A stretch of DNA of 58,974 nucleotides, counting the filler, from Diploschistes diacapsis (Eukaryota), in NCBI GenBank assembly GCA_023645945.1. It is 5 parts of 5 records of this genome, joined end to end, with 100 filler letters (N's around TTAATTAATTAA, not from the genome) between each part and the next. Parts side by side here need not be neighbours in the genome. Positions count along the whole stretch, not along the records: positions 14,534 to 44,460 come from JALAIB010000131.1; 4 more parts are not named here. One strand, 5' to 3'. Each line of letters opens with the position of its first letter. Within the stretch, counting starts at the first letter, position 1. The notes beneath the pieces were generated by a model, which saw nothing but the letters and a program-made list of their open reading frames with translations, did not search any database and was not told where the DNA came from. Made by a program: the position numbers and the translations under genes. Positions 26,671 through 40,369 of this stretch are shown piece after piece.

Positions 26671-27149
26671 GATGACTGAGGCGCCGATGATGCTCTGGCC
26701 AAAATCTTGAACTGCTAGCTCACTCTTTAAGTGTATAAAAAATCATTTCACAACGAGCGTAAATTATGAGCACTTCGTGTGGTTTCGTTGAAGGGGAAGC
26801 AAATGCAGTGTGAAGCATCTCGAGACCTCATTCGGTCTTGTATTCAGTACTCCTGGTGTATGTGCCAGCTTGTTCAAATTGTTATGATATGTATTCTAGA
26901 CCACACAGTGCACTGAATATGGCATTGGATCCAGGCTGGCATAGTTCCGAATGTGCTCATATGAAGGATCTCTCTCAGCTCCGGTCAAAATCTTACCATG
27001 AAGTCCCGGAAGTGTATTGTATCAAGCGGGAGCACCAACTAAGCAATAGTACTGCAATCCAGTATCCATTGCCTATTACGGGCCCAAGAGGTTCGTCGAG
27101 AGAAAGGACTTTCTGGCTCTTATGGCGTCCCCCAAACCATCCAACGAGC

Positions 27150-28330
27150 GAAAAGTGTTGCTTCTCATTCAAAATTTGGCTTTGCACTTTTATTATTTGT
27201 CTGATTAGTCTTCTTTCAGCTTCACTATGCTCGAAAACTCGCCCCAAAAACGACAAGAACCTGGAAAATCGGCTTCGGCAGCCTTGAGACAGAAATTACC
27301 CAAATTCAGGTAGGTGGCTGCTGTTGGCGGGTCTCCCAATGCCGCAGCTGCCGCAAAGCCGTGCAGAACGGTTTCAACGGCATGCCGTTGCCTTGCTGAG
27401 CATGGAAACCACTTTTCGCCGAGTTTTGAATCGGGCGCCCGAGGCGCGGGTGAAGAAGGGGCCATTGAGACTGCGTTGAGCGCCCAAACAGGCATGGATG
27501 GCAAGACATGCTCTTCGCCGGATCGAGCTGCCGTTTTTTTTCTTGCGGCTGCAGACCTGGTATCGGGGCCAGTATCGCCACGAACTTCATGGCGGCCACC
27601 ATACTATGCCAGGGGAAAAAGAAAAAAGCAGGACAGGCAGAGATAAAAATGCGGCCGCGGAATTAGCAGACTTCTTCCCGTTACAACGTATCGTTTTGCG
27701 CGGGAGATATACATACGATAAGCAGCTGGCTGTCAATGCACAAAGTCATCACCGCCGGACCGACTGGGCGTTCGCTGGAAGGGTTCGTCTACTCTGTTTT
27801 CGCCCCCTTCGACTTCACCGCTGTAGGAGGAAACCCAGTTACCAGCGCCGGCAATCATGGGCATTGTAGTTGTCGCGGAAGCCCGCTCCCATGTCTGGGG
27901 TACCCGAGCTACCTTGTCCACGAGATCCTACTTGAGGCTGGTCTCCCCTGAAAGGGGTGGTACAGCTTGTCAATGGTGACCCGGAGACGATCACAAAGGC
28001 GGTACTCGATCACAGAGAGTTCTCAGCGCTTCAGCTTAATCGCTTCTTCGGACGTGGATCAAGACTGGCCCGCCGGAGGATTTCGATTTCTTTACAGGAC
28101 CTGGAATCGACCAAAAGGCCTTTACCAAGAAATCCCCGAGCCATCGACTCGGCAAACAAGGATCCAGATTTGACTGGGGTCACCAGCGGTATGTACGATG
28201 ACAGTCGCCGTCATCGAGCAGCAGACGTTCGGAGAATCGAGGTCCAGTGGGACTTGCGACAAGGCGGGCAGCTCGAACCTGCTGATGCGCTTCGCTGCGC
28301 CGTGGACCTTGAAGGAGTAGTATAACAAGA
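27150..28330 (+). pseudogene. Delta-1-pyrroline-5-carboxylate dehydrogenase (PUT2/prnC-like) pseudogene, truncated
   Basis: DRAAVFFLAAADLVSG, AAAELADFF, RSLEGFVYSVFAPFDFTAVGGN, ILLEAGLP*KGVVQLVNGD...VLDHREFSAL match P5CDH-type ALDH motifs. Confidence 0.78.
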
Positions 28331-29259
28331 TGGCTTTAGCGGAAACAGCATATAAAGACTCGATGAAGGAAAACTGAATATTGGCGTCTATTTTCCACGA
28401 AACTTATGAAAGTGGGGCAATTTCTAACGTATGAAAATGACTGCATATGTTTTGTAAGCACTTCTCCTATAGGCATCAAAGATGGTGAGAAAAGGGGGTA
28501 AGCACAAGATAATGTCTAGGTCCCGAAAATCTGAAGTAAATCGCTAAGCTTACCTGCCGCGAAGCTGCTGCTATGCTCTACTGCCCATTCATCCATCTGA
28601 AATGCTTTTCATCCGAAACCCATATGCTAGCTAGCTACTGCTGCCGGGGGAACATCTATACGGATGACAGTTCAAACGGTGCGTCGACTCACCTTATCCC
28701 TAGAAAGTACCCATGCAGCCCGTTGGATTGTGCGAGCGAAGCAAAAATGACAAATCCCGATCCTGTGTAGGGTCGTGATGATAGCTGTTAGGATTGCCAG
28801 ACCCCTGACCTGGACGTCAGCAGTCTAGATCGTCAGATAAGTCGCTGAACTAGTAGGTAACATAAGAGGCCGTCCTCCACAGGTCATCTGGCTGGGACTT
28901 GTTGCGCTCTGAGTGAGGAGGAATGGTGGAGAGAATGCCAGAACAACATCGTGGAGAACTTCCGATGGGAGCCGAGCCGATATAGACATGTTTTCAGTCA
29001 AGCATCTGACAGAAGGGGATTTACGATCGGATATTGTTGCAATGACCGACGCAGACTGGAGTTCCGGCTGGCAACGTCTAACCGGCCGATACGGGAGCAA
29101 GCTCCTTATCGACCGATGATCCGGCGCGGGACAGCCCTGATTGAGTATTGTTACCAAGAGAGCCACACCGAAGCATAGGCCGACAGCCAACGACCAACTC
29201 CCAACAATCCCTAAGAGGGCCAAGGAGTCACCGCTCATATGCAGCTCATAAATACTATC

Positions 29260-30719
29260 ATGAACATTCCAAAGAACAGTCGGGTCGCGATCGTCGGCGG
29301 TGGGTGCCTGGGGGTTGTCCACTGCTCTGCATCTGAATTTCGCGGGCTAAACGGATATCACGGTCCTCGGACGAGCACCTCAGCAGCCTTCAAGGTATTC
29401 TGCCGCTTGGGACTTGAACAAAGTCGTGCGAGCGAAGTACGAGGAGCGTCTCTGCACGGAGCTAGCGCTTGCCAGTCCTGTGCCCGTTGGGAAAAGTCGC
29501 TTGTTTCTTGCTGGATTTGATCTATAGCTGGAGGCTGGCACATTCTCGACAAGAGGCAGTCGAGGGGGTGGAAAACCCCCTTGTTTGGGCCCTGCTATCA
29601 TCAAACCGGCTACTTTGTGGCTGCAACGGGTAGGGCTCCACTGGAAGCTGTCGATCATCCGGAAAAAGCACTCTCGTCGATCGAGTCCGATCTTGTGTTT
29701 GCGCCAGGCATCCGGCTGGATGGTAGCAAGGACTTCAAAGAATATACTCGGCAATGCTCCGGGCCTTCGACAGAAATTCAGAGGTTACTATAACCGCTTG
29801 GCAGGGCTACGCTCATTCACCCGATGCCCTCGTGGGTGTCTGGAAGCACTGTACGTCCAAGGGGGTCAAGTTCGTACACGGCGAGGAAACGGGCAAAGTC
29901 GAGGAAGTTATATACTCGAGCGCGGACTCACCTTCGATATCCACTCACAAAGAACCCGGTCGAGGTTCCGGTGTGGATTCCAAGTGCAGGGCGTCAAGAC
30001 AGCCGACGGCAGGTTCCATGCCGCCCAACCTGACCATCTGCGCTCTGGGAGCGCAAGGCTTCCCGGATTGGGTAAAATTCACGACTGCTCGATGCTGGTC
30101 TGTCGCTCACGTGCAGCTCAGCGAGGACAAGGCCGGCTTTCTGCGCGGCATTTCCACGACCAACGTGCAAGACCTGGGCTTCTTCTTCGAGCCGGACCCG
30201 AGGACGCGTCTCTTAAAGCTCTGCCCGCTAGACACCGGCTACACCAACGTCGTAAAAGACGGCATGTCGCTGCCCCCAGCCGACGAGCTGCCATCGCCAC
30301 AGGAGTTCATCCCGCGCGAGGACGAACAGAAGCTGCGGCAGGTGCTCAGCGAGACCTTCCCTGAATGGCGGACCGGCCGCTCGTGCAGAAGAAGCTGTGC
30401 TGGTTCTCGGACACGGTCGACTTCCGAGTTTTGTATCTACTTCGTCCCCAACACCAGCGGCTCGGTCGTCACCCTTTTCGGAGACTCGGGCCACGGTTTC
30501 AAGATAACGCTCGTCTTTGGCACGTGGGTCGTGCAGCTGCTGGACGAGGGCCGGCAGGCGTTGCCGCGATGGCGGTGGCGGACGACGGATCTGAGGGGTC
30601 AGGACTGGGGGCAAGGCCGATCAGCTGGCGTACTGCGGAGTGGGCGCGAGCTGAGCGAAGAGAGCGAAGAGAGCGATAGGAGATGCAACAGGCTAGACTG
30701 TAGCACGGATCGAGCCTGA
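29260..30719 (+). pseudogene. FAD-dependent amine oxidase pseudogene (sarcosine/pipecolate/fructosyl-amino-acid oxidase family)
   Basis: RVAIVGGGCLG Rossmann start, FGPCYHQTGY, CWSVAHVQLS, GFFFEPDP, KKLCWFSDT, GDSGHGFK; multiple frameshifts. Confidence 0.8.
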
Positions 30720-31723
30720 CAAGCAGGCACCCAAGATAGGTAGTCACTACTAGCCACAACAGATGTAGCAGGCGCAGCATAAAGTGGTCTGGGGTGTCTT
30801 GCGTATTGGTATAACAAGCGGTACGGTTCCGTCAATATCCAATCTCCACTTCGAACACGCGCAGCGTTTCTCCTTGGGACAACAATAGCTTTTTGCACCC
30901 CTCTGACATGGTGCGGATTGGCACAATGATACCTGCTCCAACAGCCCTGTTTCGCATCTCCTCCAGCGCTGAAAGAAAGTCACGCTTGCTATCATCGCAG
31001 AACAGGTTGTCAGAACAGGATAGGCAGCATCTTCACCACCCTTCTGGCTCGACTGAATTGGCCATGAGAGCCTGAGGCTGCTATTATTATTGCTGCCCGA
31101 CTTCCGTTCCCGTAGTATCACCAGTTAGGAAAAGTGCCAACTCTTCTTCCGCTGTAGAAGGAAGGAGATTGTGGCACACAGCCGGGCTCAGGGGGTGGAG
31201 GGGAGGGGATTTTACCTAAATAGGCACAGAGCGAATAATCTTGTGCCCTCCAATCCAATCAGGTTTGCAGCATTTCCTACCAATGCGTCTAGTCTGATCG
31301 TGAGTTTTATGTGTAATGTATGGACATCTTTTACGTACTGTGCTAGGGGATGGTTTGAGCTGGATGGTGCCTTGATCAGAGGAAGGATGATGGTTGATCG
31401 GGGAGAGTCATGGCCACATATATGCAGTGGCGTGATGGCATGGCTGCACCATTCTGCTTGTTTTATAGAAGTGTTTAAAGTATGGGCTTTCGGGACTCTG
31501 TACGTTTTGGCTGGCTGTTCATTACCTTGGAGCCGGTAAGGGCGCCTCCATGCAGAGCGTGATTTAACAGGTTCCTTCTTGGCTCAGTTCATTATTCGAT
31601 TTGAAACTGATCTCATTACAGGTGAAATTTTTAAGTCGGTTGAGTTATTGACTTTGTTTTCCTCCATCACATTGACCCTTTAAAATCTATTTGACTCTTT
31701 TGCTTAAACGAACCACAACAAAG

Positions 31724-32434
31724 ATGACGGGAACTCCAGTGACTAAGAAGCGAGTGAGAAGAGATAGTAGCTCTTTCCATCTCGAATTCAGTTAACTTGA
31801 ATTAGCACATTGAAAATGCAGAAAACGACCTGACGGAGCTTTGTTGCCTCCACTGCTCCAAGTGGCTCGTTGGTGAACGGTTGAAGTGCGGAGGTGTCCC
31901 GAAAGGTCGCACCAAATGTGCTCGTTGTGCTAAGAACAATGGCCAGTGCTTTGAGGTGATCGAACAAATCTCATGAGTAAGCTGGAGAGAAATTCGTAAC
32001 TAACTATCTAGATTCCTCCCGAGTTTCACAAGGACGTTAATAAGCTCATGCGATATCGCGACGCGATAGTCGACGCTGGAGATGGCTCGGCCATAAGTCG
32101 GTAGACGCTAGAGAAATGGCAGAAGGCCCAGGAGGAGTATACGAAAGAGGTTGAAAGCTTCATGAGGGTAGCCAAGAAGGAAGGGCATTTCATTCCCACT
32201 GGGAAGTGAGTGAGATTTGAGGATGCGAATTATATGCCCATCTAACGGTGGAATAGGCCGAGTTCGGAAATGGATGTGCAGCTTCTGGTGTTGCAAGAGG
32301 CACGCCGCAACAACGCTTTGCTAGAGCAGAACAATAAACTGCTTGAAGAGGGCATGGAGACTCTTTGTGAGATCAAGGACCAGCTTAGGCGTGCGTGCGT
32401 GGAGCTGGAAATGGAGAGATTGGAAGCTGATTGA
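31724..32434 (+). pseudogene. Small four-exon gene with an atypical six-Cys Zn-cluster-like motif and coiled-coil tail; one in-frame TAG at 32102
   Basis: CLHC-x10-C-x9-CARC-x6-C; GT/AG introns keep the frame; heptad-like C-terminus. Confidence 0.5.
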
Positions 32435-32469
32435 AGCTCGATACTGTGTCATCCGATAGAGAATGTGGT

Positions 32470-33671
32470 TCAGACGAGCAGAACGGCGTTTATGCAGCCA
32501 TCTGGCGAGTGTTAGCGACATCCCTAGTTGACATTTATGGAGTCTACCAACCTAGTTCGGGATTATTCGTAACCTGGGCATATCTACAAATAATCAGCCC
32601 AAAGCCCCAGAAGTACTCCACACCCTCAGAACGAGCGAATGAAGGAGTATTTTTTTTGGCTGTGCATCATCTTGCATCGCTCACCTTCCCCAGGCAACCT
32701 TGCCCGAGCTCGTTACTTGCCCGAGCTCACTTATATTGACCTCGATAACGGTGCCTCGCGTGAGTACCCCTAACTGAGTGTAAAGCGGATTTTGAGGATT
32801 TTTCTTGACTGATAAAATCGGTAGCTGTACCGTTACGTTGAGCGTTGGATGCGTCGCATTTACTTTCTTGTATCGAAGGCCCATCGGCCGAATGAATCTT
32901 TCATACTTTACAGGCCTTCTCGTAAAGTCGGGGCCAACAACTGGGACAAGTTAGCCACAGATGTCCTTTCAGAGCCGAGACCTTTATACGTACAGGTAGG
33001 CTTCGTGACCATCCTCTTCCAAGACTTCTTTGCAGTTTTCTTTCCACTAAACTGAACTTTAAACATCTCTTCTTCAGCAATACCTCTGACCTTCGGGAGA
33101 GGCACCGAAAACTTGGCTGCCTTTTCCAGACGCTTGTTCTTGATTGCCGTCGACATCGCCTTTGCGTTGGTGGCTTCCGCTCTGTCAAGCAAGTACTGAG
33201 GCATGGGGGTAGAGGCCGGCTCGGAGGGACCGGCACCTTTGACATTGCGTTCCTTCCACAGTCAGATTCGCGGTAGCGGCAGCCAGAGTCTGTCAAGAGA
33301 ACGCACTTCATGAGCCTTGATCTGCTTCTTCATTGCTATCTTCTGGGCATGGCGCTTCTTCTGGAAAAGCTTGGCCCGTAGGCCGGTGAATTTCTGCGCA
33401 TTCTCTGAGACTTTGTGGGATTCGCGGGCGAGGCGCTTTCGCTTTCGCTCTTCGTGGTCGAGGCTAGAATATGTCAGCAAGCGAAACTGAAAGGGCATAA
33501 ATGTATCCGGTACCGTCTGCCATGCTGCTTCTGCCACCGCTCGATATACCTAGAGCAGAATTAGTGGGATGTCGATTGTGGCGGCCTCAATTTCCCCATG
33601 ACGAACTCGTTCTGAGGCTATGATACTGTTAGCTAGTCATAAAAAATTTCTGAAGAGCTAACGCTCACCAT
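32470..33671 (-). CDS. NSA2: Ribosome biogenesis protein Nsa2 (multi-exon)
   Basis: [27 protein letters not shown]...[34 protein letters not shown]...[12 protein letters not shown]...[20 protein letters not shown]. Confidence 0.95.
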
Positions 33672-34249
33672 CCTCGCAAGTACAACCAAGGACCGACCAA
33701 GTTATTAACGCGCAAAGGGAAAGCTTTGAAATTGATCTTAAGAAGAATTGACTGTCGTGGGGAACTCGGTATGAGGTCCTGCCAAGATCGCCAAGAACCT
33801 TCTTCCTAGCGGAACTCTACAGTACTAGTAAGTATATTTTGTGCATTATTCTGTGCTGAGTTATGCCACATATCGTTGATTTTATGGGGAATCAAAAATA
33901 TCCTTTTCTGGTACCACGTCCCCCAGACCTCCTCGAGCCAAATCCAACGCTTTATATACCCTACTATTTCGCTTACCCTAAGGGACCGATATTAGTTAAA
34001 TATTTCTCTAAGTAATTAGCTGGGTATCGGTAGCGCCGGGGGTGTATGGTAAAGCTTTCGGACAAGAAGAAGCAGGAAGAGAGACTGGCTTTCCCCATAC
34101 GCTACTACTATGTCAACCGGGAATTTCTAACTATATTTTATTTTAATACTTTGAAGAGTTTATGAGAACTGAAGATTCTCTTTCAAATGAGGCTTTATAC
34201 AAAGATTTCATATTTATACAAGTATAACTAATCTCAAAGCAAAAAACCT

Positions 34250-35508
34250 CGAACTGCAGACAACAAATACTCGCTTCCTATAATCCTCCCGCCCAGCTAG
34301 CTAGCTTCTGTAAGAGCAAGTTGAGAGCCCGGCACCCTGGTGACGCTTCTGAATCCGAAACCTGGATCAGCAAGCTTAAAGAGCTCTTGCCATTCGTCCT
34401 TATCTCGTTCTTTCGAGTTGAAGTTGGCAAGCATCCCCAAGTCAATCTGCCTACACTGACGTTAATGCGCCCCCAGATACAGTATAAGGGACTTGGTTTG
34501 AGGAGAAAAGGCAGCCTATGAAGAGTGAATACACCTTATCCGTCTTTCCAAGTTAGCCGAAAGTGCCCCTGGTGTCGGCATGCAGCTGTCACAGATCCCC
34601 AAGGATAGACATTCTGTAAAAGCTGGGGCTTCATTTCCGCTAGTGAGTTGGCAAAACTTATGGCTTGTGCAAAGCGTTTAGCAAGGTCTCCAAAAGGCGT
34701 AAGCTTTGTTTGGTGGCCCAACCTGCCATGCCTGTAATCATCAGGCGCGAGACATAAGGGCGAGGTTGGAGGAGTAAACAGTTTCACTAGGCTCCTGGGA
34801 ACCTGGCCACTTCTCTAGTGCGTTCACTATCTTTTATGTGCTTAGCAGTCGCCCGGTACAGGCACTGGTATAAGAAACGTACATGTATAGCAGCCGGCCA
34901 CCATTCTTCTGCAATCATACCTATCCAGTCTGTAAGATAGGCTTTCTTCATAATGGCCCTCGAAGCAGGAGTATGCCTAAGGAGCCCATTTCTCTTCCGA
35001 CATATATGGCAGGTTACGGCATACCACAATAGCCGACGAAGTGTCGAGAGCTCGAGGTCGCATTTCGCGGAGAGCCCCTTACAGGATATTTCGCCTCCCA
35101 CCGTAGCTGCTGATGCGATATCATAACGATAAATGCCTTGCATATACGAAAGACGACTGAACTGAAACCCATCAGTCTGCAAAAGTTACTTCCGGCCCTG
35201 CTGTAGAGCAGACGTCGAAACTATGGAGATGACGATCCCAAAATTGAGCTTGGGCTTGAGCTAGAACTTCCAGAAGTCATATGGTTTACGACAATGCGAG
35301 TAGCTCCGGGTAGCAAGTCTTACAGTTCCGTGCTTGCTTGAAGTGCTGCTTCCAGGATAGCGGTGACCGAGGGTGGCAGATCAGGTTCCGCATAGGAGAT
35401 CTCATCGAAAGTAGGCTCAGGGATGTTGAGAGAGCAATGGTAGGCACACTAAGCGTTGGTCCGTTCTAGCACTTCCTTTGCGAGGGCTCGAAGGCGTGTG
35501 GTGTCCAT
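34250..35508 (-). pseudogene. Fungal O-methyltransferase pseudogene
   Basis: N-terminal LRALAKEVLERT...IPEPTFDE, winged-helix-like IYRYDIA...LSAKCDLELSTLRRLLWYA...RHTPASRA, KRFAQAI...YPWGSV; stops. Confidence 0.65.
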
Positions 35509-37312
35509 GCTCGCTTTCAATGCCTATGGAAAAACGACAAGGTACTTTGAAGTCCTAGCGTTTATGCTAACAACCATGATCGACCGCCACCTTATGCGGG
35601 AGTCTAAAAAGAATGCAATTCTCGGCCAGACTTACTTCTGGTCACCATCTGTTCCTTCCTGCAAATAGACAAGTCATAGCATTATTAGATACGAGCTAAT
35701 CTTGTAAATCTCGTCAGCTACGCTGCTGCTGCGGGATAAAACTCAATTGTACTTAGCTCGGCGTTATGATGCTCAGCTGCTATGCCCATCGACTACCCAC
35801 AGACTCGAGTGGGGATTCAATGTTAGTGGTTCCTTTGGGCTTCATGGCTGTAATGAGAGTGACTACTGCACCGTAGTATGTGATAAGACGGAGTGGCATC
35901 AGATAGTGGATCTAATGTGAAGTTTGTTACTATGAGCTCGATGGGAGCTGAGCATAGCTCAGTATGGGAAATAAGGACTACGAGTATGTACCTCCAGAAA
36001 GTATTCTGACATTCTGATAATGTATGTTGTTGAATCCTAGTCCATCCGTAAGCGTAAGCATATCAAACTACCGCTCGTGCGCTACCAACTACGAACATCG
36101 TGTACGGCCCATGACTCTTGCTCTTGCTCTATGCGGGGCCAAATCAAGGGCATCGAGCTCACTTTCTAAACAGAATGAGGTCTGATCATATAGAAAAGGG
36201 CTTTTTCGTCTTTCCCCCAAGATGGGACATGTAAGCAGTATCGCTCCACCTTGGATAGCTCGAACAAAGGTGGGCGAGCATCGGTGTTCTAGTAGTTGGA
36301 AGCTCGGTGCATCAACAAAAGTGGATTTTCTAGCTGTATCTGCGTGAATGGAAATCTGCTGTTCTTCCTTTCCAGTAGCATTGGGGTGATAAAGTCACGA
36401 TAGGTCCATTCTCGTACGTATTTCTATGCGTAAAGTCAGCTAGAGCTACACCCGGAAACGTTTATGCGTATAATACTGATTCCCTCTTCGAAAGTTCTTC
36501 TTGGCTTACCGCGTATAGTCATCGGTGACATGACCTTCCCCAGGCTTCGTCGACGTCTGGTGTTGATGCTCCTGGGTGCAAGCTGTCTTGAAAGGCTGTG
36601 TACTTCCGAGTATGATATCGAATGTCTATATGGTGTAATCCTAGAATTGTAAGTTAAGATACGAGGACGGGATGACGACATGTACTTATATACGGACAAA
36701 AAGATTTACAGGTCATGGAAAGCACAACAGCTGTAAAAGTCCAGAGTAATACAAGTACCGCGTGTATTCCATATTGAATAAACTTGAGATCTGAAGATTG
36801 ATGGTCGAGTTCGGTTTTCGCATCCAGGTATTTGTGTCTTCTCCTTGCTCAAGCAGTCGATACCTGTATAGGATCAAGTTTGTTCTGTAGTGTTTCTAGC
36901 TAACAACAAGGTTACAAACTCAAAATTTGGACTGGATCCTGTGTTCCCAAATTGCATGCTAATGCAGACACAAAAGCTCAATCATGTTTATATATACGCT
37001 TATGTCCCTTTTGCAGCGTCAATGGAGCATTCCATACTTACTACTTGGTTAGTTAAAGTTTGTTTGCTGGTCAGGCCTGTCAAAATAACCTATCGAGGAA
37101 TTCTACTTGAATGATCCTCTACTGACCAACGTCTCCATATGTTGTCCTGATATTAACTATGGTATTCGACAATGCCGTCTGTCTGCGGAGCAAAATAATT
37201 TACTTTGATTCGCTTGCTTTCCTGATGCTCATCTGGATACTCAATAGCCGCATCGGGAAACTGAGAGATAAAAGTCTCATACTGCAGGAAGTACTGGACC
37301 TCCTGATAATTA

Positions 37313-38830
37313 TATGATGCAGCTTCTACCAGGCCAGGCTCGTATTTAGACAGTCCTGTACATGCTTCCTGCAAGGCAGTCTGCCCATCATCTAGGCCGC
37401 CAAAACTATAATTGTTTCTCAAAGTATGTGAACTGGAATATTCCGTTTTCCAGAAAAGGCTGCAAAAGTCCCAGGCAGTTCCCTTGGCTGACAACGGTTA
37501 AGAATCGAGTACAAAGGCACACAGTGCTTTCAGGAGAAAATGAACTTCACAAGAGATATGGACCACCTTTTCAAGTATCCGGCCTTTCTAGGAACAGTGT
37601 CTTTAGTATCGAACCTCAAAGCTTAAGAACTGTATGGGCTTTGAACTTCAAGACTCGGAAGTCCATGATCCGCGGCAAAAGATGTTTGGATCTTCCTGTG
37701 GACAAAGTTTGGCAACAGTGGATGGTGAAGAATTGGAAAAGACTCGGCTAGTCATACTTGCCAATTTCTACGGACCTTTTACAGTACCGGTGGATCTTTG
37801 CATCAGTTCTCACTGACAGATCTATGATTGATTGCAGCCTTTGCTCCATGACATGTTAGTCACTTAATTATAGTATTAATGCATACGCTGCTGACGCTAC
37901 AGGATTTTGAGAACACCACAACTGGAGGAATTCGGCGTTATCTGGAATGCACCGGGCTGGCTCTAGAGCTCGGTACATGCAAGGATCCTTGAGGGTTTTT
38001 TACCGAAATGGAGAGAATCTTGCGAATATTTGCGGAAGCTTGGGGACACCGTCATTGGTCGACTATTAAAGTGATATGAAGCTCTACAGGAACGGCGAAG
38101 TAACGCGTCATATCAGAAGGTGCTGGACACCGAGGCAAATCTCCTGATCTTCAAATCTATCTATCTATCTTACGTTTCGAAAGCAGGGCCAGCTTCCGGG
38201 ATAGTCTGCTCCAATATTTCATGGGCGCAACTCCGACCCTGTATATGGTTCTAACAAATACAATTCACATGCCAGCACAGAACCCGCATTTTTTGGGTTG
38301 TGCTCCAGAAAGAAGCAAACTGGTAAAGGGCCAGGTTACGGTTAACATTATTGAGAGTCTGACCTACGCCAACAAGGTATTCGATGAGAGTGAGTCTTAG
38401 CAGTGTATTTGCTTTTCTCGGCGCGTTAATTTGCAATAGCACCAACGCTTTTCCCTCTTGTTACTCTGGACGCCCGGAGTGCGTTGTTCGACACCATTCT
38501 ACCATCAGGTGGCGGACAGGTCGGAAAGAGCCCAGTTTTTTCGGCTAAAGAACCATATTTGGGGCAAATATCTGGGCCCTGCATCGAGATCCGTCAGTTT
38601 TGGGGTCCAATCCTGACTCTTTCAAACCCCGACGGTGGGATAACATCAAGCCAAAGGACTGGGAATGAATGCCCTTCGGAGGTGGGTCACGAGTCTGTAT
38701 TGGTCGTGATAAAGCCAGGGTCGAAACAGTCTATGGATTAGTAAGATTTGCCCAAGTGTTCCAGCGCCTTCAGGCAGGCGGAGGGGACACAAGGGTTGGG
38801 AAAGGGGCGCAGCATTGTAACGTTATGGCT
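37313..38830 (+). pseudogene. Cytochrome P450 pseudogene (CYP52-like)
   Basis: LHKRYG...SIEPQSLRTVWALNFK, DTILPSGGG, heme motif PFGGGSRVCIG; many stops and frameshifts. Confidence 0.8.
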
Positions 38831-39469
38831 GCCCGTAGGAGAATAAAAGAGTGTTTTGAAGAAGAAGAATGCTCGAGAATCTTAGGCTCGAAACCCGGGG
38901 ACGAAGCGGCCTTACAGAAGTCGATTGATGGCGTCTAAATAATGAGATATAGACTAACAAATCTCTATCTACAGTACCAGCGTTTGGGCCGAAGTTGAAT
39001 CCAGGAGAGATGCTGCTAACAGGTTTGAAAAATAAATTAGAATGGATAAACAGGCAATACTACCCTGAGCGGCTTTGTTCCCTTAATTATCTTGTAATGC
39101 AGATGGCTGGAATTCGAAATCACCTATCTGTTTGGTATGGGCGATGATTCGACAGCCAATCGTATTGTATACAGAATGCATAGCGCATGACGGCCAGTGG
39201 GAAGGATAGCAGTGCCCAGTTCAATAAGCGGAGCTGAGAGTGCATGGCACGCTGGCTGACTCTGTACCGCACCCTTACTGTGATTTAGTCTTACCTACTA
39301 TATACTATTTATTTCCGGTCAATATACACGAATCATGAGCAAGATTGGCTATGTGGAGGACATACATGCCTGCTCATATGAGTGGAAACTTGGTAGGTTT
39401 TTCGTCCGTTCACGAGCAGATTCCCGACAGCCTTGTAAACACCTTACTACTTCTTTTCCATCATAGGAC

Positions 39470-40204
39470 ATCGACCAAATCCAATTAACCAAGCTCTGCA
39501 CCCATGCGAGGGGGTCAAATGCCGGAAACCCGCTATCATCATGGATCAGCTAAATGCCCCTTACGAGAGGACTTCTTGGATTTTGCGCTCCTTCATGGAC
39601 CATACTCTGAAGAGCATAGTCCCAGTGGAAGGTGATACTACACTTCTCTTACTTGACATCAACTATGAAAGTTCTTTACAGAGTCCCCACGATTGTCGAT
39701 CCAAATACCGGGATCACCCTTTGGGAATCTGGTGCTATTATCCAGTAACTTGTTGAAACCTACGACAAAGAGAAGAAACTCACCCATGAATCATCCCCCG
39801 AGAAATATTATGTGGACCAGTACCGTTTCTGGCAGATCTGGGTCAAGATCCATACTGCGGCCAAGCTGTATTGTTCATCTAATTCCATCCGGAAAGGGTC
39901 AAGTCTGTGCAAGAGCGCTATCTTAACGAAATGAAACGTCCTACAAAGGTCCTTGACGGGGTCTTGGAGGGCAAGGAATGGCTGGTAGGGAATAAGTGCA
40001 CATATGCCGACCTCTCATTTGTGCCGTGATACTGGTTTCTACCTGGTATTGAGCCCATCATGCCTGGGTTCGGTGAGGAGTTGAAGAAGGAGAACCCAAC
40101 TTCGCTAACTGGCGCGAGAGGCTCGACAGTCGCCCTTCAGTCAAGAAGTCCGCTGAATTCCGCGATCAAAATGTGGCGGAGGAGGAGGCCGAGGTCGCTC
40201 ATAA
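39470..40204 (+). pseudogene. Glutathione S-transferase (Ure2/GST-II-like) pseudogene
   Basis: AIIMDQLNAPYE, RVPTIVDPNTGITLWESGAIIQ*LVETYD, LDGVLEGKEWLVGNKCTYADLSFVP*. Confidence 0.8.
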
Positions 40205-40369
40205 GCAGTATGTAGAAGAAACAGGATGGAGAAATAGGTATCCATGTTGAAGTTGAAATTAATTACTCTTCGCAGGAATTGGATCAGATATGGTACACCC
40301 ACTAAAGTATCAGATCCTATCAATAAGGTCGTTTTATGAATACTGTCTTTTATTCATTCTACAAGAGCA

